Assembly (NCBI GenBank): GCA_038852105.1
Contig: JAWCKK010000005.1
Span: 1,899 to 65,898 of the forward strand
Direction of reading: 5' to 3'
Length of the DNA: 64,000 nucleotides
From: Thermoplasmata archaeon
Lineage (GTDB): Archaea; Thermoplasmatota; Thermoplasmata; UBA10834; DTMW01
In this document: positions 57,221 to 64,000 of the stretch, one piece after another
Layout of the letters: every line of letters starts with the position of its first letter
How positions within the stretch are numbered: the first letter of the stretch is position 1
Translations under genes and position numbers: made by a program
Notes under the pieces: generated by a model
The model's database searches: none
Told to the model about the DNA's origin: nothing
Seen by the model: only the letters and a program-made list of their open reading frames with translations

Positions 57221-58645
57221 ATGGCGAAGACGATACTGAGGTTCTTGGAGAAGGACGAAGAGGAACTGATACACGCGCAGAGCATCAAGGTGCTGGAGGA
57301 GCTCGGAGTGATGATACACAGCGACCAGGTGCTCGATATGCTCGGCGCGAAAGGCGCGATAATAGACAAGAAAAAAAAGATAGCCAGGCTGCCAGAGAGC
57401 CTCGTTCTCGAATCACTGAAAAAAGCACCTAAAGAGTTCGTGCTTTGTGGAAGGGATCCGAAGAAGGATGTGGCTCTTCCTGCCAGGGAGTTTCCGTACA
57501 TATCGACCAATGGACTTTCAATATACATGACCGACCTTGAGACCGGCGAGAAGCGTCCAACGACCAGGAAGGATCTCGCGATGTTCGCGAGACTGGCGGA
57601 TTCATTGGATGCCGTCAGTTTCTTCTGGCCACAGGTGACCGCATCGGAGGTCCCGGAGATGGCTCATAATGTGCACGAGCTCTGGACGTCGCTGCAGAAC
57701 ACCGTCAAGCATGTCCAAGGAGATTCCGTCAACGCGGAGGACGCGCGGATGCAGATAAGGCTCGCGGCTCTTGTCGCGGGCGGAGAGAAAGAGCTCCGGA
57801 GACGGCCGATATTCTCTGTGACCGACTGTCCGATAGCGCCTCTGTCGTTCGAGAAGGGCGCCGTAGAGGCGCAGGTCGAGTTCGCCAGAGCAGGAATACC
57901 GATATCCTCGATGTCTATGTCACTCTCTGGCATGTCGTCGCCGGTGACCATCGCCGGGACTATCGTAAACGCGAACGTCGAGAACCTCGCGAGCATAACC
58001 ATCACGCAGACTGCAAACCCCGGAGCACCTCACCTGTACGCCTCGGAGTCGACCCCGATCGATATGAGCTCGGGGATGATCAACTACAAGGCTAACGAAT
58101 GCCCGATGATTGCATCGGCGCTCGCGCAGATGGCAAAAAGATACAGATTGCCATGCGTCGTGGGCCAGTGGGGCGCGGACGGAGATGAACCCGGACTGCT
58201 CGCATCGTTCAACGAGCTCGCAACAATCGCGATGACGATGCTCAGCGGTACAGACTGCTGCTCCGGGATGGGAGGTCTGGAATCGGCGAAGGGTGGCTCG
58301 CTGGAGCAGATGGTGATAGACGCATATTTGTGGGAGAACTTCAAGCCGATACTTCGGAACATGACGATCAACGAGGAGATGATGGCTTTCGATGTCATGA
58401 AGCAGGTAGGGCACGGGAACTCGTACCTGAGCCATCCGCATACCGCGAAGTTCCTCAGGAAGGAGCTCTTCTTCCCGGACAAGAAAAAGTTGGCCTGGGA
58501 GGCAACGCTATCGACGAAAATGGTCGGAGAGGCTCGGGAAATTGCAAAAAAGACCCTGAGGGATCACCGCGTAGAGCCGATAGACAGGGACATCATCAAG
58601 GAAGGGGATGAGATGATCCGCGAGTTCGAGAGGAGATTGCGATAA
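57221..58645 (+). CDS. MttB-superfamily methyltransferase paralog 2 (uninterrupted)
   Basis: 474 aa. Conserved blocks shared with the other paralogs (LLDxxEExLIHxxSIxxLExxGV, GGxxELRRRPIFS, FEKGAVEAQVEFAxAGIP, HGNSYLSHPHTAKF). No in-frame TAG. Confidence 0.85.
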   Translation: MAKTILRFLEKDEEELIHAQSIKVLEELGVMIHSDQVLDMLGAKGAIIDKKKKIARLPESLVLESLKKAPKEFVLCGRDPKKDVALPAREFPYISTNGLSIYMTDLETGEKRPTTRKDLAMFARLADSLDAVSFFWPQVTASEVPEMAHNVHELWTSLQNTVKHVQGDSVNAEDARMQIRLAALVAGGEKELRRRPIFSVTDCPIAPLSFEKGAVEAQVEFARAGIPISSMSMSLSGMSSPVTIAGTIVNANVENLASITITQTANPGAPHLYASESTPIDMSSGMINYKANECPMIASALAQMAKRYRLPCVVGQWGADGDEPGLLASFNELATIAMTMLSGTDCCSGMGGLESAKGGSLEQMVIDAYLWENFKPILRNMTINEEMMAFDVMKQVGHGNSYLSHPHTAKFLRKELFFPDKKKLAWEATLSTKMVGEAREIAKKTLRDHRVEPIDRDIIKEGDEMIREFERRLR

Positions 58646-58688
58646 TGTCGCGATAAATATCCATGATTTGAAGGAAAGGAAGGTGGGG

Positions 58689-60119
58689 ATGTTGGCAAAA
58701 GCTAGGTTGAAATTGTTGGACAAGTCGGAAGAGGACCTGATACACGCATCGAGCATCGAGACGCTCGAAAAAATCGGCGTCCTGGTGAGAAGCCCCACGG
58801 TGCTGAGGATGCTCGGCAACGCGGGCGCGAAGATCGATGAGAGATCGATGATTGCGAAGATACCCGAAGGGATGGTCAACGAGGCGATCAAGAAAGCTCC
58901 GAAGAGCTTCGTCCTGTGCTCGCGCGACGGAAAGCACGACCTGAGGCTCCCCGCGGATCCGTTCCCATACGTCGGCTCGAACGGCATCGGCACATATATG
59001 ACCGACTTCAAAACGGGGAAGAAAAGGGAAACCACTCGAAAAGACATCGCGGACTTCGCGAGGCTGGCGGACGCGTTGACGGGGACAGATTTCTTCTGGT
59101 CGAACGTGACGGCCTACGACGTCCCCGAGAGGACGCACATGGTGCACGCGCTCTGGGTATCGCTCCAGAACTGCACGAAGAGCTACGGTACGCTCACGCT
59201 GAGCGCAGAGGACGCCAGGGCGCAGGTGGAACTCGCGTCGCTCATAGTAGGCGGGAAAGATGAGCTGCGCAAGAGGCCCATCTTCCACTCGCTCTGCTGC
59301 GTCATCGCCCCCCTCTCGTTCGAGAAGGGAGCGATCGAAGGCCAAGTGGAGTTCGCGAAGGCAGGCATACCTGTCATATCGATGTCGATGTCCCTCTGCG
59401 GGATGTCCGCTCCTGTCACATTGGCGGGAACTGTCACAAACGCGAACACCGAGAATCTCGCGAGTCTCGTGATAACCCAGACAGCGGCCCCAGGAGCCCC
59501 TCACATATACTGCTCAGAATCGGAGCCGGCGAGCATGGTCACCGGGAACATAGTATACGAGGCCCCGGAGGCCCCGCTGATCGCGGCGGCGGCCGCTCAG
59601 ATGGCTCACAGGTACAACCTGCCTACCTTTACGGGCAGCTGGGGAGCGAACGGCGAGGTGCCAGGCGTGCCACTCTCGTTCTGCGAGCTGTCGGCAATCG
59701 CGCTGACGATGCTCACGGGCACGGACATGGCAGCGGGCTCTGGCGGGCTCGAAGAGGCGAAAGGCGCCTCGCTCGAACAGCTGGTCATAGATTCATACCT
59801 ATGGGAGAACTATAGAGCTTTCCTCAGGAAGTTCGAGGTCTCCGAGAAGACGATAGCTCTGGACGTCGTGAGGGAAGTGGGACACGGGAATTCCTTCCTT
59901 ACGCACCCACACACTGCCAGGAATTTCAAGAAGGAGCTCTTCTTCTGGGACAAGGAGAAATCGAAGTTCGAGGCGACGAGATCGACGGCAATGGTGCCGG
60001 AGGCGAAGAAGATAGCGAGCAAGATATTGAAAGAGCACAAGCCGGAACCGATAGATCCGAAGATCGTCGAGAAGGGAAACAAGATAATCGCCGCTCTCGA
60101 TAAAGAATTATCAACCTGA
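58689..60119 (+). CDS. MttB-superfamily methyltransferase paralog 3 (uninterrupted)
   Basis: As above. Start set at MLAKARLKLLDK, after a GGAAGGTGG Shine-Dalgarno-like element. Confidence 0.85.
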   Translation: MLAKARLKLLDKSEEDLIHASSIETLEKIGVLVRSPTVLRMLGNAGAKIDERSMIAKIPEGMVNEAIKKAPKSFVLCSRDGKHDLRLPADPFPYVGSNGIGTYMTDFKTGKKRETTRKDIADFARLADALTGTDFFWSNVTAYDVPERTHMVHALWVSLQNCTKSYGTLTLSAEDARAQVELASLIVGGKDELRKRPIFHSLCCVIAPLSFEKGAIEGQVEFAKAGIPVISMSMSLCGMSAPVTLAGTVTNANTENLASLVITQTAAPGAPHIYCSESEPASMVTGNIVYEAPEAPLIAAAAAQMAHRYNLPTFTGSWGANGEVPGVPLSFCELSAIALTMLTGTDMAAGSGGLEEAKGASLEQLVIDSYLWENYRAFLRKFEVSEKTIALDVVREVGHGNSFLTHPHTARNFKKELFFWDKEKSKFEATRSTAMVPEAKKIASKILKEHKPEPIDPKIVEKGNKIIAALDKELST

Positions 60120-60248
60120 TCGGCCAGCTGAAAGAATCCATCGAGGGGTTTCACAAACGCCATGCGCGGTTCCGACGGGGAAACGCTTAAGAAATGCTCG
60201 TCGTTAGGGGGAACCGGACTCAGCGGACGCTGAGGGGAGGTGTTGAGC

Positions 60249-61682
60249 ATGGCAGTGGCAAAACTGAAGTTTCTCGATAAGAGCGAAGAGGAGACGATTC
60301 ATCAGCAGAGCATAGAATGCCTTGAGACAATCGGAGTCAAGATAAAGAGCGAGCGGGTTCTCAAGATGCTGGGGGATGCGGGCGCGAACATCGACACAAA
60401 AAGCATGGTCGCGAAAATCCCCGAGAGCATGGTGAAGGAAGCTCTGAGGACAGCGCCGAAGGAGATGACGCTCTATGCCAGGGACCCGAAGCATAACCTC
60501 AAGATTCCTGTATCGTCGTTTCCGTACACTGCCACGACCGGCCTCGGCGTCTACATAGTTGATCTCAAGACGGGCAAGCCCAGGTCTTCTACGAGGAAGG
60601 ACATCGCGGATTTCATCAAGGTCGCGGACGCGCTGAGCGGGATAGACTATGTCTGGACATCGCTTACCGCGACGGACGTGCCTCAGGTGACACATGGCCT
60701 GCACGAGCTCTGGACGGCCTTCCAGAACACGACCAAGCACGTGCAAGGAGTCGAGATACTCAACGCGGAGGACGCGAAGAGACAGATTGAGCTCGGCGCT
60801 CTTGTCGCAGGGGGCATGGAAGAGCTTCGGAAGAAGCCTTGCTTCTCCGTCATACACTGCTCCATCGCGCCTCTCATGTTCGAACACGAAGCGGTAGAGG
60901 CGATGGTCGAGTTCAACAAGGCAGGCGTTCCGATCTGCACGATGACGATGTCGCTCTCCGGAGGCACGGCGCCGGTGACGATGGCCGGAACCCTGGTCAA
61001 CGGCAACTCCGAGAACCTCGCGAGCTTCGTCATAAGCCAGGTGGCAAACAAGGGCGCCCCCGTGATATACTGCTCCTCATCGGCACCCGTCAGCATGAAG
61101 ACGGGAATAATCGATTACATGACGGTCAATCAGCCCCTCATCGCTACGGGGTTCGCGCAGATGGCGAAGAGGTACGGGATGCCCTGTATGGTCGGCGACT
61201 GGGGCGTGAACGACAAGCCGGAACCGGGAATCCCGCACACCTTCAGCGAGGTCATGGGCGTCTCGCTCAGCACGATGTCGGGAACGGACCTTCAATCGGG
61301 CATCGGCGGGCTGGACGCGGTGAAGGGCGCCGCGCTCGAACAGGAAGTGATTGAAGCCTATCTCTGGGAGAACGTGAGGAAGTTCATGACGCCCGTCCTA
61401 ATCAATAAGGAAACCTGCGCGCTCGACGTAATCAAGGCCGTTGGACATGGCAACACCTTCCTGTCGCACATACACACAGCGAAGAACTTCAAGAGGGAGA
61501 TAATCCTGAGGGACCCTGACAAGGGAAGGTTCGAGGCAACCCTGTCTAACAAGATGGTCCCAGAGGCGAAGCAGATAGCCGAGAAGATCTTGAAAGAGCA
61601 CAGGCCAGTACCTCTCGATCCTTCCATCGTGAAGAAGGGCGACGAGATAATCAGGAACTGGGAGAAGAAGCTGGGCGTGTGA
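60249..61682 (+). CDS. MttB-superfamily methyltransferase paralog 4 (uninterrupted)
   Basis: Starts MAVAKLKFLDKSEEE, with the GAGGTGTTGAGC ATG GCA initiation context shared by paralogs 5 and 6. Confidence 0.85.
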   Translation: MAVAKLKFLDKSEEETIHQQSIECLETIGVKIKSERVLKMLGDAGANIDTKSMVAKIPESMVKEALRTAPKEMTLYARDPKHNLKIPVSSFPYTATTGLGVYIVDLKTGKPRSSTRKDIADFIKVADALSGIDYVWTSLTATDVPQVTHGLHELWTAFQNTTKHVQGVEILNAEDAKRQIELGALVAGGMEELRKKPCFSVIHCSIAPLMFEHEAVEAMVEFNKAGVPICTMTMSLSGGTAPVTMAGTLVNGNSENLASFVISQVANKGAPVIYCSSSAPVSMKTGIIDYMTVNQPLIATGFAQMAKRYGMPCMVGDWGVNDKPEPGIPHTFSEVMGVSLSTMSGTDLQSGIGGLDAVKGAALEQEVIEAYLWENVRKFMTPVLINKETCALDVIKAVGHGNTFLSHIHTAKNFKREIILRDPDKGRFEATLSNKMVPEAKQIAEKILKEHRPVPLDPSIVKKGDEIIRNWEKKLGV

Positions 61683-61810
61683 ATCCAAGCCCCTTGAAAA
61701 ACCCTTTCGATTGTTTCTGATTTGTTCCGAATTCGAAAGAATATTAAGCCTTCGAACTTTAGGGGTAGTTTGCTAAGGCGCTGTTGCGGCCTAGCGGGAG
61801 GTAGTTGAGC

Positions 61811-63247
61811 ATGGCAGTCGCGCGACTGAAGTTCTTAGATAAGGAAGAGGAAGATCTCGTTCATGAATACTCGCTGAAGAGCCTGGCCGAGATAGGCGTC
61901 AAGATAAGAAGCGAATCGGTCCTCGGGATGCTGGGAAAAGCAGGGGCAACCATCGACCGAAAGGAGATGATCGCGCGAATACCGGAGGACATGGTCACAG
62001 AGGCTCTCAGGAAAGCGCCCAAGGAGTTCAAGCTCTATTCTCGCGACGGAAAGCATGACCTCCAGCTTCCTGTCGAGGCGATGCCTTACATTTGCACGAA
62101 CGGCCTGGGAATATACATCAGAGACATTCATTCGGGCAAGAACAGGCCATCGACCAAGAAGGATATCGCGGACGTGGTAAGATTGGGCGATGCTCTGGAA
62201 CAGATGGACTATCTCTGGACGACTCTGACGGCCACCGAGGTGCCCCAGGTCGCGCACGGCCTGCACGAACTCTGGACAGCGTTCCAGAACACTTCGAAGC
62301 ACGTCCAGGGGGTCTCCGTGGGAAGCGCGGAAGAGTGCAGGGCGCAGATAAGGCTCGCCTCGTTGATAGCCGGGGACGAGGAGAAGCTCAGAAAGAGACC
62401 GATATTCTCGGTGATATGCTGCTCTATTGCCCCGCTCTCCTTCGAGAAGGGCGCAGTCGAGGGACAGGTCGAGTTGAACAAGGCAGGGATACCCGTCGTA
62501 TCCATGTCGATGTCCCTGGGCGGAATGTCGGCGCCAGTCACGCTAGGAGGGACGATACTGAACGCGAACACCGAGAACCTCGCGAGCCTCGTCATCTCGC
62601 AGACCGCGAATCCGGGGACGCCGCACATCTACAGTTCGGAATCGACCCCCGTGAACATGAGCACAGGGAACATCTACTACGAGAGCCCGGAATCGCCTCT
62701 CATTAGCGCGGCGACCTCTCAGATGGCGAAAAGATACGGATTGCCCTGCCTGACGGGAGCCTGGGGCTCGGGAGCTGACGACCCTGAACCGGGGCTATTG
62801 AGCCCGTTTTCCGAGCTCATGAGCCTGGTACTCTGCTCCATGACGGGGACCGATCTTGCAGCTGGCGCAGGATCGATAGATGTCGCGAAGGGCGTCTCTC
62901 TCGAGCAGGTGGTTATCGACGCGTATCTCTGGGAGAACCAGCGCGCGTTCATGAGGAAGTTCAAGATAGATGCGGAATCGTTCGCCCTGGACGTGGTCAA
63001 GCAGGTGGGGCATGGCAATAGCTTCTTGACGCACCCGCACACTGCGAAGCACTTCAGGTCGGAGTTGTACTTCCGAGACAAGAAGAAGCTCGCCTGGGAG
63101 CAGACGCTGTCGAACAAGAGCGTCCCTGAGGCGAGGGAGATAGCGCTCAAGCTGCTCAAAGAACACAGGCCTCTGCCATTGGATGCATCGGTCATCAGAG
63201 AAGGGGACAAGCTGATAGAGGAATTCGAGAGACGTCACGCGACATGA
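61811..63247 (+). CDS. MttB-superfamily methyltransferase paralog 5 (uninterrupted)
   Basis: Starts MAVARLKFLDKEEED and is about 60% identical to paralog 4 by eye. Confidence 0.85.
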   Translation: MAVARLKFLDKEEEDLVHEYSLKSLAEIGVKIRSESVLGMLGKAGATIDRKEMIARIPEDMVTEALRKAPKEFKLYSRDGKHDLQLPVEAMPYICTNGLGIYIRDIHSGKNRPSTKKDIADVVRLGDALEQMDYLWTTLTATEVPQVAHGLHELWTAFQNTSKHVQGVSVGSAEECRAQIRLASLIAGDEEKLRKRPIFSVICCSIAPLSFEKGAVEGQVELNKAGIPVVSMSMSLGGMSAPVTLGGTILNANTENLASLVISQTANPGTPHIYSSESTPVNMSTGNIYYESPESPLISAATSQMAKRYGLPCLTGAWGSGADDPEPGLLSPFSELMSLVLCSMTGTDLAAGAGSIDVAKGVSLEQVVIDAYLWENQRAFMRKFKIDAESFALDVVKQVGHGNSFLTHPHTAKHFRSELYFRDKKKLAWEQTLSNKSVPEAREIALKLLKEHRPLPLDASVIREGDKLIEEFERRHAT

Positions 63248-63453
63248 ACTATTTCGGACAATATTCCCGATTAGTTCGACTGATTTTCACCCCTTTTAGA
63301 AACCTTTTCACAGAACATTATGCTCAGGGTGTAATATCTTCTCCCGATTATTCGAGCCAGCATCCAGAACGGCTGGTTCCCCTCGAAACAATAATAATGA
63401 ATGCGCACTTTGGGAGTGGCGTCGGCAATGGCTGATGGGAGGTCTGTTGAATC

Positions 63454-64000
63454 ATGGCAGTCGCGCGTCTGAAGTTCCTCGACAAGAGCGAGGAAGATCT
63501 GGTGCACAGTCTGAGCCTGAAGAATCTGAGGGAAACCGGGGTCAAGATCCATAGCCAATCGGTTTTGAAGATGCTCCGAGATGCGGGAGCAGATGTGGAT
63601 CTGAAGACCGAGATAGCAAAGATACCCGAGGAGATGGTGAACGAAGCCTTGCGGAAAGCCCCGAAGAGCTTCGTCATAGGGGCGCGCGATGCGAAGAAGG
63701 ACATCAGGCTCCCCGCGGAAAGCTATCCGTATGTCTCGCTCGGAGGAGTCACCGCTTGGATAGAGGACTACGAGACGAAGAAGCACCGGGATGCGACGAG
63801 AAAGGACCTCGCGACCATCGCGAGGCTCGGAGACGCGTTGAACCCCGTTGACGCGATTTGGCCGCTTGTGACGGTCAGAGATGTCCCGCCTCACACGGGA
63901 TTCGCGTACGAGCTCTGGACATGCCTTCAGAACACGGTCAAACCGATTCATGGCTCGGCGGGTTCCGGCACGATAGGCGTCGAGGACGCGCGGGTTCAGA
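63454..64000 (+). CDS. MttB-superfamily methyltransferase paralog 6, 3'-truncated by the window end
   Basis: Hand-translated MAVARLKFLDKSEEDLVHSLSLKNLRETGVKIHSQSVLKMLRDAGADVDLKTEIAKIPEEMVNEALRKAPKSFVIGARDAKKDIRLPAESYPYV..., open to the end of the window. Not in the ORF track because no stop is reached. The start coordinate may be off by 1. Confidence 0.75.
   Translation, partial: MAVARLKFLDKSEEDLVHSLSLKNLRETGVKIHSQSVLKMLRDAGADVDLKTEIAKIPEEMVNEALRKAPKSFVIGARDAKKDIRLPAESYPYVSLGGVTAWIEDYETKKHRDATRKDLATIARLGDALNPVDAIWPLVTVRDVPPHTGFAYELWTCLQNTVKPIHGSAGSGTIGVEDARVQ

Noticed and set aside
57221-64000. Possibility of pyrrolysine (in-frame TAG) in the mttB paralogs
   Set aside because: All complete paralogs are single uninterrupted ORFs of 474-485 aa ending in TGA or TAA with no internal TAG. 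TAG is used as an ordinary stop elsewhere, for example by the rpoL-like gene.
1-64000. CRISPR arrays, IS elements or transposases, integrases, rRNA
   Set aside because: I saw no short direct-repeat/spacer periodicity and recognised no transposase, integrase or rRNA signature in any frame.

Overview
This is a densely coded chromosomal segment that looks archaeal, and the content suggests a Thermoplasmata-like lineage. The evidence for that: a thermosome, the PAN proteasome ATPase, Hef, an RNA polymerase subunit L, aMBF1, a GPN-loop GTPase, archease, the archaeal mevalonate triad (HMG-CoA synthase, thiolase, DUF35), archaeal-type CoA biosynthesis genes, and an alkyltransferase-endonuclease V fusion of the kind described in Ferroplasma. 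The sequence is moderately GC-rich by eye (not computed) and both strands carry genes with short intergenic gaps and frequent 1-20 nt overlaps. There is one tRNA (Pro, CGG). I found no CRISPR array, no transposase or integrase, and no rRNA.

The housekeeping content includes a co-directional chaperone block (thermosome, grpE, dnaK, dnaJ), a DNA-repair set (Hef, AGT-EndoV, endonuclease III, HerA-like ATPase), CoA and mevalonate metabolism, and glycine-cleavage P-protein subunits.

Three things are not ordinary housekeeping:
- A compact 5-gene operon plus a nearby paralog. It starts with a small coiled-coil protein, then an SPFH (Band_7_1, YdjI-like) protein that ends in four tandem zinc ribbons, then three paralogous zinc-ribbon proteins, two of them membrane-anchored. 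This resembles the bacterial PspA-YdjGHI membrane-stress module but appears undescribed in archaea.
- A 1506-aa cytoplasmic protein built from about 20 tandem helical repeats of roughly 70 aa, ending in a beta-sandwich domain and a zinc ribbon.
- Six uninterrupted MttB-superfamily methyltransferase paralogs, five in a tandem array at the 3' end of the window, with no corrinoid-protein partner in view.

Smaller curiosities are a Hef whose nuclease ERK motif appears scrambled, an AGT domain with PCRRV in place of PCHRV, an unlisted 50-aa zinc-ribbon ORF, and a standalone HerA-like ATPase. The ORF track has many antisense ORFs inside GC-rich genes; I judged these spurious. Some coordinates I counted by hand from the printed lines and they may be off by 1.
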